A DNA stretch of 63,348 nucleotides, filler included, from Circinaria calcarea (Eukaryota), in the NCBI GenBank assembly GCA_051942165.1. It is 9 parts of 9 records of this genome, joined end to end, with 100 filler letters (N's around TTAATTAATTAA, not from the genome) between each part and the next. Parts side by side here need not be neighbours in the genome. Positions count along the whole stretch, not along the records: positions 1 to 6,966 come from JAVECS010001446.1; positions 7,067 to 14,031 come from JAVECS010001447.1; 7 more parts are not named here. One strand, written 5' to 3'. The position numbers were made by a program, and so were the translations under genes. Positions 1 to 12,500 of the stretch are shown here, in pieces (the stretch's first letter is position 1; each line of letters starts with the position of its first letter). Under the pieces are notes generated by a model. It was given only the letters and a program-made list of their open reading frames with translations, was not told the DNA's origin and did no database searches.

Positions 1-337
1 GGATCTTGCTGATGAAAAAGTTGCGCAAGTCCAAGGAAAACCTCTCAGCGCCCTCTAGCTTGGTGCGCTCTGGCCAAATGTCGTTGACTTTGGAACCATC
101 AAAGTCCGCCGCACCAGACAGAGGAAGAAAATCTGCACCGATGCTCTGGACCAGGTCACGGAAAACACTTCCAGTTAGAAAGGTAACTCTGTAGCCCCGG
201 CGAACCAAGTTTCCAGCAATAACATAGAGCTTCTCAAAATGTGCGTAAATAGGGGTCGACGTGAATAGCACGAGGGGTTTTTGGGGTCTTTGAGTGGAAG
301 TTGACATGAGAGGTGGAGAAGTGGCTGATAGCGCCAT
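1..337 (-). CDS. UDP-glycosyltransferase (GT1 family), N-terminal part; runs off the window start
   Basis: Not in the ORF track. Manual translation from ATG 337 gives MALSATSPPLMSTSTQRPQKPLVLFTSTPIYAHFEKLYVIAGNLVRRGYRVTFLTGSVFRDLVQSIGADFLPLSGAADFD..., open to position 1. This fits the GT1 N-terminal pattern (catalytic His, then L..RGY.VTF.TG). Confidence 0.8.
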   Translation of the reverse strand, partial: MALSATSPPLMSTSTQRPQKPLVLFTSTPIYAHFEKLYVIAGNLVRRGYRVTFLTGSVFRDLVQSIGADFLPLSGAADFDGSKVNDIWPERTKLEGAERFSLDLRNFFISKI

Positions 338-1261
338 ATCAGTTAACGGATGACCCGACACAGTGTTCTTAATCCATTATATGCAGTTAGAGACGCGAGG
401 TTGGAAGGCCCTATTTACTCAAGTATGAGTTCAACTTGGTATGCAGGCAGAAAAACGCACACTAAGCATCTTACAAAGGCTGATTCATACACATTCATCG
501 GACGATAGGATTTGAAACTCACTCAGCTGATTGCCTTATGGTATGGTAGAGACGTAGTGCTCACTACAATCCCGGCGCCTGCTGGAGATGTCATCCCGTT
601 CTTGAAGCTAGGTGAGAAGACTAGTATCGCCGGATGGGGGCGTGCAACGTGGCTACCGTCAGCACTACCTATATTTGTCATGTCAAGGCACTTGATAGCT
701 GATTCCCGCCGAAAGGACCTGGGCAATATCGGAGGATGGCGTCCAGGAAGGGATTTCCACGAACTCTTGTACCGAAACAGTATATTACGGCCGGTGCCCC
801 GGTATCGAGTAGCGGTGGATCTCTTTCGGAGCACAGTCAGCCGCTCGCTCGGGCTAGACTGCTGTCCGTTAGCGGCTGTTACGTAATCGGACACGTGGGA
901 GTATCTTGTAACGAACAAGGTGGGCACGGACACGCTCTGTATGGGAAATCGCGAAATTCGCCTCCATGCCACGCTACTTGTCAGAACTCCATGTTATCCA
1001 AACCCCCGGATCCCTCCCTGTAAGCCTCTGATGGCACACCCTCACAAGTAACTATGTGGCACGCTTGGACAACAATTTTAACTTAATTCCCTAGTCAGCT
1101 ACTGAGCCGCTATCGATGGTTTGCCTTGAGGTGTGATTAATCCGGCTGTCAACACAGACATGTAAGGGGCTGAAGGTCGAGAAGCAACATATATATACGG
1201 ATCTGATATGTGGGTTATCCTCAGCGCAGCGGTACTGTGCACCTTGGCCCAAAGACCCAAC

Positions 1262-3246
1262 ATGATGGAACCTAATGAGCGTCTAGAGATCTGCTTCACA
1301 TCCCACCCATTTTCTTTTTCTTCGGTGCTGGTCGTCGATGAGAACCCAGTGGCCCAGAGCACCTTCCACCAGACGCAATGCACCAAGGCATGGGTCGGAG
1401 CTCTCCAAGCCATCGCCCAAGTCACCAAAACGTCCCAGGAGCCAATTGGCTCACGCTACCAATCTCCCTCATCCACCCTCAGCGGAACCTTCCCGCGAGG
1501 CTTGAACAGCCTTCACGGGATAAATGACCAAGCATACTCGGCGGTCGAACCAAGAACCGCGAGAAAACGACCTGTCAAGTCCAACGAGTTTACCGGGAAT
1601 GGTCTCCAAGCTCGGCCTGCGATTGCATCTACTGCTAGCAGAGACTCGAGATCAACGGTCACGCCACAAACAGGCGATGATTGGGTACGTTCATATGTGT
1701 TGCTGAGCGGAAAGGGAAAATGATACCTATCGGACCTCTGCCGTCAATTGCAGAACAGACTGTGCTAAAAGAGCAGTTTTTAGACCTTCGCTACCCCTTC
1801 TCCATCCTCTTCGGCAGACACCTATGCTACTGCTACGGCTCATTCGCCAACCGCTACAGGGAGGCGCACTTCCAACGTGCGGCCCTCTACGCTCTCCCGT
1901 TCCACTACAATGAGCAATGTATTTAACAGCCCTGAAGAAGCATCGATTGCAGATACAAGACTTATTTCTTCCCCGCAGCCTGTCGATACACTAACGAAGC
2001 CGACCATGGCAACACCCAGCACTATTAATGAGCCTGCTAAGTACTTTACAAAGCGGATGAGGAAACTCGAGACGCTTATTGACTCTATCCGAGAGCATGT
2101 AAAGCCTTCTCGTGAAGAACACAATGAGAAGGTGATCAACATCTACAATAGCCGAATATGCGTCTCACACATCAAACCTGCCTCTATGGAACATCTCGGT
2201 CGGCTTCTTGGCGAACTTGGGAAACTCTCAAATGCGCTAGGAATCATCTACTCACTGTTAAGTTGGGAAGTCTACAGGCGGGAAGAAAACCGATTAGTCG
2301 CAGAGGAAAACTTATCGCCGAAGTGGGCAGCCAAACTAGTTAGTTCCCTACTTACTAATCACCTTCCTTGGCTGAGCGAAATGGAATCTAGATTAACGAT
2401 TATATGTCTGAGCAATCCAGCCGCCAAGGAAGAACCAAAGATTGGGCGAGTGATAGAAGAAGGGCAGCTGGAATGGTGTTTGATGCGATAGCAGGGATGA
2501 GCTCCGTAGCCAAGTCGTTTGCAATTCTACTCCTGGCGGGCAAGTCTTGTTGAACCTACGAAAGATGCCGGTATTAACTAAAGTGATAGACCTAACTACC
2601 TTGGACGGACTTGTCAAAATCTCCCATTTTCCTGCTTTAAGAAAGCGTTTCACAATAGCTTTTGGAGAGATTCACCAATCACAGCAGCAGAGGTGGGGGG
2701 TTCTCGTGGAGAAAGGCTTTCGGGTTTTTGATTTTGAAGAAGTTTTACGCACACGGGAGAGATCTAGGGACTCGTAAGTCCATGTATTTGCAGGCTTGCC
2801 GGCATGCCTCATTGGAGCTTACCATTATATGAAATAGGCAAGCCAGCTCGCCCATGTCCGATTTCGAGTTGCCAGAACTTACACACTCCAACGCTTTTTC
2901 AACTCCGCTACGGGAACCAATCGATATTCACGAACAGCATTCCACGAGATCTAACAATGAAGTTCTAGGGAAACGTCCAAGAACAACCGATTCCAGTAGT
3001 CTAAGCGTAACGACTACGCCGATAATAAGGACCGAGCGAGGTGTAGCCAGGGGTTGGCTGCGTGATGGCTCTGTTCCCTACGGAAACAACAGCATCAATC
3101 ATGGAAATCTAATAGATGGGATAGACGAGCCTCTCGATCCATACATCTTCGACGATCCCTTGAACAACTTTGCCTTTCCACAAAGCCAGGACTTCGACAT
3201 GCTGTTCCAGACCGAGTTTGACAACTCTCTCCTCGGACAAGCTTAA
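1262..3246 (+). CDS. Hypothetical protein, 5 exons (1262-1684, 1784-2338, 2392-2539, 2584-2773, 2838-3246), about 574 aa, no recognised domain
   Basis: Pieces of ORFs 1208, 1877, 2547 and 2854, plus exon 2392-2539, join in frame through introns GTACGT..TAG, GTTAGT..TAG, GCAAGT..AAG and GTAAGT..TAG. Spliced length is 1725 nt, a multiple of 3. Confidence 0.6.
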
Positions 3247-3254
3247 TGATGGAG

Positions 3255-3546
3255 CTAGGACGATTGGATCTGCCCATCCATTGCATTAGCTTTCATAAAA
3301 TTGATCACTGTGTCCGCGCAAGTCTGTTGGATCATCTCCCACAAGTCGGATGGGAGGCAAATCTTCAGCGCCTCCTGGCTGCTTCCGTCAATGCGGAGGC
3401 GATCGCCTAGAGCACGGAAGGTAGGGAAAGCGTCACGTTCAAAAATACGAAAGGGGATGTGGGAGTGTTTGAGGACCTGGGTAAAGGCTAAGCCGGTAAG
3501 GCCGGCGCCGATTAGGAGAACTGGCTGGGATGGGTGGTTGGGCCAT
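3255..3546 (-). pseudogene. Truncated FAD-dependent monooxygenase (N-terminal Rossmann fragment only)
   Basis: PVLLIGAGLTGLAFTQVLKHSHIPFRIFERD...GDRLRID (GxGxxG motif plus acidic end of beta2). The nearest ATG (3546) is out of frame and the frame stops at 3255 after about 95 aa. Confidence 0.7.
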
Positions 3547-4912
3547 CTAGCTGGGAGGCACTTTAGGGGATGGGATGTATTGAACTTGATAGTATAGAAG
3601 ATTACGTGACTGAATGCAAATGTCACCGAGGGGTTTTTGGAAGTTCGAGCACAAGCTTCAGGGGTGAATCGAGAAGGCAGAAGAAAATCAGAGATGCTAC
3701 TCCTGTAGAGCTATGGATGGGTAACGACAGGTCTTGAAGATATTCTAGCTATGATAGCGCAATGCAAGATTGCGGAGAAAGAAAACGCGCTGCAGGACGG
3801 CTGAGGTCCGAAATCTAGTATGCGTGGTCGTAGAGCGCAGGCATTGTTGGAGGTTGCAGGGCGGTTTGCCGGGACCGAAGCAACTCGATGAGTTAAGTCT
3901 GTATGAGGACAGATCTGGACATCAACGCAGAGTGACACAGTAATTGGAGTGAAAGTACCGTTTTAGCAAGAATCAAATGCTCATCAGCCTGAATGTATAT
4001 GGTGGAGCAGCTATTAATACTTTCTTCATAACATAAACTTAAACTGTGAACTGAAGGTGAAAGCCCGAGAACCCCAAACGCTATGGTATGGTAGGTCATC
4101 ATTGGACAAGCCCTTGCAGCTCTCGAGACGCCGATCACATGACTAACCCCAATGTATGAGTCCACAGCATTAACATTACTACGGTAATGCGCATGATAAC
4201 TCCATATGGTACTGGTTCACTTGAGCTACACTTCGCACATAACATGATAATAGCACTCGCCGTCCACGTTGGTGGGAATGCCTGCCTATCCGAATCAAGT
4301 GATGATAGTAGAGTGTGACAGGCAAAGGTATACGGTGGGAATGCTTGCTTATCCAAACGAGCTCGACAGGAGAACCGGAAATCAGATATTGCTCGTTGAT
4401 ATGGAGGGCCTTGCCTGCCTTACAACCTCTATTCCTTGATATTGGCTCAGTCTTCAATCGTGCATACCACAATCACCACATCTATGCCAATCATTCTCCT
4501 GTGGGAAACCTTTGACCCTGACTTGCATTACCTTGATTGAGACGCTGTTGATTGATGCCTTTCAAGTTTGTCCTTTGGTATTGACATGCATGAATAAAGA
4601 GCGGTTTTTCTATTGTTTTGTTATTCTGTTCTTCCACCATGGAGTCAAAGAATCTCTAAAGAGACAACCCCACCTAGCTACAAAGCTGACTATAGGTCAT
4701 TGTCCTCGGTTTCGACAAAGACTGTACTTTGGTTATAAAATAAAGCAAAGATGTAATTCAAGTAGATCTCTATCTGGACCTTACAACATCAATCACATCT
4801 TTTACTTCAACTAGCCAGCCATAAAGACACCAGCAACTCCAAACCCTCACCTCCATTCCCAAAAGCCAAATTAATCTACACCCTAAAATCAGGTAAGCTC
4901 AAAGAATACACA

Positions 4913-5443
4913 ATGGACATGCTTACACCAGCAGGACATGATGGCCAGTTCCAGCTTTTCTCCTTCCGCCCCTTTTTACCCACTCTCGCTGTTCACCTCA
5001 CGATCGGTCTCCCGAATCGCCCAGGCTCCTTCCAGTTTACGCTTCCCGTACACGAGAACGACGATGAGCCAGGAGAATTCATAGGTTGCGCCGTCATCGT
5101 CCGTCTCAACGGCGATGTGGTACACATCCGGGTCCGGGAACGATTCCGCGCTCACGCAATTCGCTTTCGGATCGAGACTTGCATGGTGGAGGATGAGGAG
5201 GAAGACGGGGAGGGAGAGTCTCCGACGGAAGTTTCGGAGCTGGTCCGCCACGACAACCCACCGACGATCCAACGGTCGGAGCTCACCATGCTTCCACAAG
5301 ACGATCTAAGGGATCAAGTCCTCCACAAGGACGGGGACGCGGAAAGCGTCTACGTCCTAGCGACCGAGCTCCCAGGCGGCACAACCCTTGCCGCCATGGA
5401 TCTTCCGTCCCGTTCGCTCCTTCAGGGGATGAACTTTTCGTAA
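4913..5443 (+). CDS. Hypothetical intronless 176-aa ORF
   Basis: ATG-initiated, GC-rich ORF set in AT-richer flanks; no recognisable motif. Confidence 0.35.
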   Translation: MDMLTPAGHDGQFQLFSFRPFLPTLAVHLTIGLPNRPGSFQFTLPVHENDDEPGEFIGCAVIVRLNGDVVHIRVRERFRAHAIRFRIETCMVEDEEEDGEGESPTEVSELVRHDNPPTIQRSELTMLPQDDLRDQVLHKDGDAESVYVLATELPGGTTLAAMDLPSRSLLQGMNFS

Positions 5444-6077
5444 ATCCTAGATTGGAAAGCGGTGAGTTTGCAGGAGGGAAAAGAGGTAAGTGTGACAAAA
5501 TTTGGCAGAAAATTCAGGTAGGTTTGATGGTAAGTAAATAGAACGGGTGGTAGACTCTGCTAGTTCTTAGATTGATGATAATAAATATAATTCCATTTCT
5601 TATTCGACCCGCGACTACTATTCCGCAGAGTGATCTAAAATCTATCTTTTGCCAGCCGCGGCATCACACAAGGGGCTTCATTTGCCGCTTCCCCATGAAC
5701 CATTACTGATTCTTTTAAAAAAAAAAGAAAAAAAGAGCCTCTCGTGACTTACCTACCTACCACTCTCACCATGCACAGAAAAAAGAAACATGCACCCAGC
5801 TAGCTATTCAAGCAAAATGAATCCCATGGCCATGATGCCGAGTAATGGAATCGCAAAAGCTGCTGACTCACCGTCCAGTGACCAGTCTCCCAACCCCGGA
5901 GGAAGAAGAAGAAGAAGAAAAGAGAAAAAAAATTTCAAGCAAGAGAGAGGCGAGACAAGACAACCTATGCTCCAAAGTCCCCTTTTTTCCTCTTTCCTCC
6001 TTCAGGCTTCAACCGGAGAATAAAGAACAAAGAACTTTTATTCTCAAACCCCCCCGGCTCTCCGAGTCGCGCCCGAT

Positions 6078-6148
6078 CCCAGACCCAGACCCAGACCCAG
6101 ACCCAGACCCACATGGGGGCCTGAAAGCGTTACCGTTACCGTTACCGT
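6078..6148. repeat. Microsatellites (CCAGAC)n and (CCGTTA)n within a low-complexity region (about 5700-6960)
   Basis: Visible tandem hexamers; (GGCCCATTT)n also occurs near 6525-6555. Confidence 0.8.
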
Positions 6149-6966
6149 AATATTGCTGTTTCCCCATCCAAATCGTAAGCTTTTAGCCCGTCCCCAGGAC
6201 TTCAACTCCACAAATATAAACTAGGCGCGCCCAATTAGGGGGCATCCCTCAGGACCTCCCCTTGTTCCCCCCCTTAGGTCTCCCTTCTATACATACCGAG
6301 TAACCTCAAAAAACAAACAAACAAACAAGCGGGGTTCGTATAATCTGGTAGGGGAGGATTTGGTACATTAATTGCATTCATTCATTAATTTCTACTTCTG
6401 GGCCGGGGGTCTTATCCAAGTCCTAGAAGGGGAAATTGGGGGGGAGGATGGAGGAGAATCCCCCTTCTCCCCCCCTTATACCCCTTCTGTTCTTTTTTTT
6501 TCTTTCTTTCTCTTTTGGGAGTCCCCATTTGGCCCATTTGGCCCATTTGGCCCCTTTTCCCCTTCCTTTCTTTTCTTTTTGGTGATTTTTTCCCAAGGAG
6601 ATTTTTGGAGTACGCTAGAGCATAGGGGAACGGGATAGGTAGCGTGGGTTTTTGGGTTCCGGGAGACCGATTTTGGTAGAAAAGGGGCCTTGTTTTCCCC
6701 CTGGGCGGGGGGCTTGGAAGGAGAGGACGCGGATTCGTCGTGTGCTGATCGTGACTCATAGTCATAATTCATAACATCTAATCTTACCAACAGAGTCCAA
6801 CCAGCCTTTGCTTCTGCTTCTGCTCCTGCTTCTACTTCTGCTTCTAGGGTATCAGTGAATCAAAAAGGACCGACCAAACCATTCGCTATGCAGGTTCTTG
6901 TGGACAAGAAAATAAAATAAAAGACACCAACCAACCATCACAACACTCCATCTCCTACTGCGACCT

Positions 6967-7066
6967 NNNNNNNNNNNNNNNNNNNNNNNNNNNNNNNNNN
7001 NNNNNNNNNNTTAATTAATTAANNNNNNNNNNNNNNNNNNNNNNNNNNNNNNNNNNNNNNNNNNNN
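6967..7066. other. Artificial contig spacer N44-TTAATTAATTAA-N44
   Basis: 100-nt N run with a core that gives stops in all six frames. Confidence 0.99.
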
Positions 7067-7144
7067 TGTCTATGGTTCTATGGAGAGAAAAACAACGCTT
7101 TTGTGTGTGTAATAACGCGCTAATGACACGCGAAGTGGAATCGG

Positions 7145-7330
7145 TGTAACGAACTCCCGGGTCTGAGACCTGCGAGGTCACGTGTGTGGTGCCAAGTTCG
7201 ACATATATATAATAATAAAATAATAATATGTAGCCAGAATAGCTATACGAATATTAAATATATGGCCCATAGGGCTACGCCGGGCCGACAGGCCTCCGTG
7301 TGTAGGGAAGCCCAGGGCTGATCCGTAACA
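7145..7330. mobile_element. Candidate LTR remnant (186 bp, TG...CA)
   Basis: Starts TGTAACGAA and ends TCCGTAACA (imperfect terminal inverted repeat typical of fungal gypsy LTRs) with an AT-rich core. The flanks ATCGG/ATTAT do not form a target-site duplication. Confidence 0.45.
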
Positions 7331-7369
7331 ATTATTATATCAACGCCGCATAGGTAAAACGAGGAGATC

Positions 7370-7826
7370 AACCGACTTGAGAAGGTGTATGATGCATCAC
7401 GTCTCTCTCCGAAACTCCCAATCTATGATACTACCCCTTTTTAATCTACCCAAAGTCTCAACTTCCTACCTCTCAATCTCTCTACTCCCTGGCCGCCTCA
7501 GCCTCTCTTCTGCGCTCAAGGTCATAATCCCACCTCTCCAGCCGCTAAACGCATGCACTGGAATTGAAAGGGTCTGCCTGCTACGACGGAATAAACAGCG
7601 CTTCTCCGCTTGAGTTAAAGGGTGGAGAGGGAGGGGGCCTGTTAGCTGCGAAATGTACCTTATTTTTCCTCGCCATTCGCTCCGGGCCTACTTGCACACT
7701 TTCCCCTCCGCTTTTACTCGACAATACGACGGCTGCTCTAGTTCTAAATTCCTTGCTAGAGCAGGAAAGGCTAGTGGCTGGTGGGAAACCAGTCTGGGGG
7801 TTTCGCGAGTTCTTGGGTTCCCTCAC
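7370..7826 (-). pseudogene. Stop-riddled ORF relic, possibly RIP-mutated and transposon-derived
   Basis: The frame of ORF 7581..7826 continues as protein-like sequence (..FIPS*QADPFNSSACV*RLERWDYDLERRREAEAARE*RD*..) with repeated TAG/TGA stops, as expected from C>T and G>A transitions. Confidence 0.35.
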
Positions 7827-9510
7827 ATCTCCGCCATCTCTGTTCTCTTCTGCTTTTACCTACGTCGTCATGGCTATGGGCTAGACCTCCCCTTCCAAGG
7901 GGTTTAAAGGGGTTAAAGAGGAGAAAAACGGAGACGGGAGAAAAGAGAAAAGAGAAAAAGAAAGACGGAAGGTGCGAATGCACGGCCATTTTCTTTAATT
8001 TTTAAAAATCTTTTCTTTGGGTTATTGGGTATGTATGGGAGGCTGGAAAGCCAATGGGTGGGTTAGTTGGGAGATTGGTGTGATTGGATGAGGTGGGGTG
8101 GATGAGGGAGGACCTGGAAAGAAGGGAGAGAGACGGATAAAGACGGATAGAAGAAAGGGCACGGTTTGGGATGATTGGGGGTGTATTAATGGAGAGAAAG
8201 GCGGTTTTAGAGGAAACCGAGGTCAGAGAGCAAGGAGAAGAGGTCGGGAAGGAAAAACAAGAATAGGCGAAATCGTGGGAGAAGATACAGTTTGACGCGT
8301 GGATTGTGATTGAGATTAGGAGGGTGGAATGGGCTGGGTTTGTGGGGAAATGAAAATGTCATCACACTACTAGTACAGACAAGACTGAAAGTGTTACAGA
8401 AGAGGTAAACTTTGGCAATCAGAGTATGATAATTTCTCGATTGCTTGATGCTTGCTCTAAATATTCTCGACGGCTTCTGTATCGGTGGTGTGTTATCTCT
8501 TTGTTCCTTACTGCGTACATTCTGGACTGGAATACCAAGGAATACCTCGGAAGGATATTGGAGACTAGAAGCAGCTGCTAGTAGACGTTCGTATAGACAA
8601 TGACACTATGCCGAGGCGATGCGAGCAGTGAGTTTTGTAGGTTGAATTGTAAAGTTGCTGGTAGTTGCCCGAGTCTGGTGTCTCGTTTGCTGACAGCTGC
8701 TTCCAATTCGATAGAGCTATAATCCACCTGAACCTTTCGGATCTCCGCCAAGCTTCGTTCCTTCTTTGGTGGTATTTCTGAGATGACTTCGACTATGGTT
8801 CGAGGTCTAACGTCCTGGTCGCTACCTCCGGATATATTTGCTTCTGACGATGAGAATTTAGGTGTTTTCAAAGGATAATCGTCCCTTTTGGTATCGCAAG
8901 TTTGGATTTCGCTGATTTTTCATTGGTGGATGCGGTGTTGCTTGGCATGGCTTCAAGATCTTTTCTATATATCATCACAACATTAATAAATCTTTCATCT
9001 CCGACTCTTAGATGATACCCTTGGATTGCAACATCCCCTTCATACTACTATGCCACCTTCCAGGAGATTCCCAGAAGTTGGTCGTTTGATCGAGGGTTGT
9101 TGTTCTTTTGTTCGGCGATTACGGTATTGGGAAGCAATACAGCAATTCAGCGAAAAGAAACCCCTCAAGATTTTGGTGAGACTCAAGACCAGATTTTTCC
9201 AGCAAGGCGCTCTTGCCAAGTCACATCCCAGTGTTCGCCATCTTCTGATATGGATCACCAGTCCCTGTTGTCTTAGACAGTCTGATTGATGCAATGCCAT
9301 ATCCATCGACCGTCCCTATCCTTTGCTTGTCCTTGTTCTTCTCCATAGAGCTCCACTTGAGACGTTGCATAGGGACGCAATCATTCTTGGAGATTGTTAT
9401 CTCCAATTGACGGTCGTCATATAGTCGCGGTAACTCTTCGGCTTTTTGATGAGTCAATCCAAGCCTCAAACCGCCAAGTACTCTCTAACGAGTAAAGATC
9501 AGTTGATCTA

Positions 9511-10414
9511 TTAACGCCATTTGACCCCAAACATCTTTAGGCTGGCTTTCTTGACATCTTTCACTTCGTCAGTGTTTATAAGATACAACCTTGGCTGACC
9601 TAAGCCCAAGCCATCAGCAATGTTTTCAGAGGCTTGAGGATCTTCATACCTTTGACGTCGAGTGCAAGGTATTTGTATTTGTACTCAGCAGAGTCTGCTG
9701 TCTTGGTCATGTGTACATTGACCACGCCAGAATTTAATGGTCCATCAGCCTGACACAAGGGTCAGCCCATTCACGAGCTAAGGTCGAAGAATGTTGAGAC
9801 GTACAATAAAGCGCATTAGGAGATGTTCTGTACCATCTCTGTCTTTGCGGGTGGTAGATCTGAGTTCTCAATTTAGCCTCGATCTGAATGCGTGACTAAT
9901 GATAACTTACGCAACGCGGACTCGTGCCCACTTGCCCCGATGTTGGTCACCGTATGCTTTTATCTGTTTTCCAGGGCCAAGGAGTGCTGTAGCTCGCGGA
10001 TCGGATCTAAGTAGATCAACAGCTCGACCGAAGTGATTTGTTGCGCTGTCTGAGGCAAACACCTCCGAATATAGGACGTACGCAACCCCACTCTGCTTTT
10101 GTCAGTCAAATTCTAACGGGCAGTGTAGGGAACTGTACCGTCAAAACCAGACCAGCTAGAATGATCCCAAAGTTGAACGTCTGCTGTGTTGTCCGCGCGA
10201 CCTTTTCCCCCAAACTCAGGGCACCCCATTGTACTCTGCCATCATCATTAACGACAGTCACTTGTTTCCTTTTAGTGGTCGGTAGCCCCCCAATGCTACT
10301 TTGTGTAGTGTAGCCACGGCTGTTTTTGAGTATCGAAGCGCTCCGTGATCGAAGTATGACAGTTGAGCAAGCGGACGCGGCAGGCTCAAGTAATCCTAAA
10401 GATCTGCACAACAT
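9511..10414 (-). CDS. TIM21: Mitochondrial import inner membrane translocase subunit Tim21 (multi-exon)
   Basis: VTVVNDDGRVQWGALSLGEKVARTTQQTFNFGIILAGLVLT (TM segment), then FGRAVDLLRSDPRATALLG..IKAYG, DGPLNSGVVNVHM..YKYLALDVKG and C-terminal KMFGVKWR* (stop 9511-9513). Confidence 0.9.
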
Positions 10415-10726
10415 CACTGCTCCATGTATGGAAATATTTGATAAGAGTGCTTAGAAGCTGTGAAGCTGTGGTGTCGACAAAGGTGGGGAATAAGGTTTAC
10501 CCTGTCAAATCAGAGATTCTCGGAATAGATGCTGACTAATGCAGACACCGGAATTCGGGGAATTATCAAAGGCCACCTTAAAGCTTACCTTTACTCAAGT
10601 GAGTGCAAGTATACTGTCAACAGTTTGGAGATTCAAGTTGAAAGAGGATTGTCACTCTATTAGACGTAACTATCCTAGAGAGCTACCACCCACCATATGC
10701 CCACAACTTCACCCTCATTAGCCAAC

Positions 10727-12500
10727 ATGAGCTCCGCTTCAAAAGCCCAGTCTCAGAAGATATTCGAAAAACTCAAGACTAAGCCGGCGAATAAGGTAAA
10801 TTGGGGCTTAATGTCGCTGACTGCACCTTGGCTAAGACTGTCAGATATGCTTCGATTGCGGTACTAAGAATCCAACGTGGTCGTCGGTACCCTTCGGAAT
10901 TTACCTATGCCTCGACTGCTCCGCGGTCCACCGGAATCTCGGCGTACACATCTCATTTGTGAGATCTACAAATCTTGATCGTATGTCAATAGTTTACTAG
11001 AACGATGTGGAGCTGATGCGGTGGATTCACAGAATGGCAATGGGACCAACTACGAATAATGAAGGTAGGGGGGAACGAGTCAGCAACGAAATACTTCCAG
11101 TCACATGGTGGCTCTGCGGCGCTAGCTAGCAAAGACGCCAAATCAAGGTTTACATCAAATACGGCAACAAAGTATAAAGATGAACTGAAGAGGCGAGCGG
11201 CAGCGGACGCGCGAGAGTAGGTCTTCGATAAGAGGGTAAAAAACATAAGCTGACAATGACAAGGTTCCCCAACGAGGTAGCGGTTGAAGATGTACTGTCA
11301 CCCACGACCCTCGATGGCTCTGCAACCCCGTCAGGAGAACCAGGAGATGATTTTTTCTCATCATGGGATAAGCCATCAATCAAGAAACCTAGTAATCCCC
11401 CATCTAGAACTCAAACTCCACCAGTGATCAGCCGAACTGCCTCGCCCTTTCTAAACCCCACTGCAAACGGCAATGGACGACCAAAAACGCCTCTGGTAGA
11501 AAATGAATCAGCCGAAGCTGCACCGACAACATCACGTACAATCTCATCATCTACTATTCGCAAGACCGCCACAACAGGTGCTCCCCGAAAAGCTAATGTA
11601 CTAGGTGCGAAGAAAACACAAAAGCTTGGTGCCAAGAAGGTCATTGGTGCCGATGCAATAGATTTTGAAGCTGCAGAGAAAAAGGCAAAGGAAGAGGCTG
11701 AGCGGATAGAAAAGCTGGGTTACGACCCTGACGCTGAAGACATTGTTGCGGAACCATCAATCAAATCGCCAACAGAAAAGATTAGGATTTCTGCGCCTAC
11801 ACCAATTAGCCCCCCCAAAGGCGGTTTCGGAGCACAAGGACACCAACGTACTCCCAGTGAAGTCGAAAGATTAGGTATGGGCGTGGGAAGGTTAGGTTTC
11901 GGCCAAGTCGGCGGCGGCGGAAAGGCTGCCGTAGCATCTGCGCCAAAGAAAATGGGCTTTGGTTCCATGGGTTCCTCTAAAGCTGCCCAAGAAGGTATAT
12001 CTCCCATCCCAACACTATCTTCATCCACCCTCTCTAGTAACACCTCTCTATAGACGACGACCAAAAATATGCCCGCTCAAAATTCGGCTCCCAAAAGGGC
12101 ATCTCATCTGACGAATTCTTCGGCCGCGCCAACTTCGATCCTGCTGCCGCGTCCGAAGCCAAGTCTCGTCTGCAAGGCTTCGAAGGTGCCACGTCCATTT
12201 CCAGCAACGCGTATTTTGGTCGTCCGGAGGATGAACAGCTGGGCGTGGATGAGTATGGCAATTATGGGGATTTGGAGGGTGCGGCGAGGGATTTTGTGCG
12301 CAAGTTTGGAGTTTCGGCGGGGGATGAAGTGGACAAGTTGACAGAGGTTCTGGGGGAGGGGGCGAGTAGATTGCAGGGTGAGTCTCTCTTCTCTTTCCTC
12401 TATTTTCTCTTGGCGCTGGTTTGGAGGGCTGGAAACTGGGGTTGGAAACTAGGGCTGACTTTTGGTGCCAGGTGCCATACGGAGTTATCTCAACAGCTAG
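10727..12500 (+). CDS. GLO3: ADP-ribosylation factor GTPase-activating protein, Glo3/ArfGAP2/3 type (multi-exon)
   Basis: ArfGAP zinc finger [54 protein letters not shown], and Glo3 motifs [11 protein letters not shown] and [11 protein letters not shown]; ends AIRSYLNS*. Confidence 0.93.

Noticed and set aside
4271..4357. Two copies of GGTGGGAATGC(C/T)TGC(C/T)TATCC as a regulatory or array element
   Set aside because: Only two copies of about 22 nt; most simply a small local duplication.
7011..7022. TTAATTAATTAA recurring about every 7 kb as a periodic biological repeat
   Set aside because: It is always embedded in identical N runs, so it is an assembly linker.
8400..9470. Short ORFs downstream of TIM21 as a gene
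   Set aside because: No consistent exon chain or motif could be built; it may be a decayed gene but I cannot support that.
10415..10726. TIM21/GLO3 divergent pair as a functional cluster
   Set aside because: The short divergent spacing is real, but the functions are unrelated and such spacing is common in compact fungal genomes.
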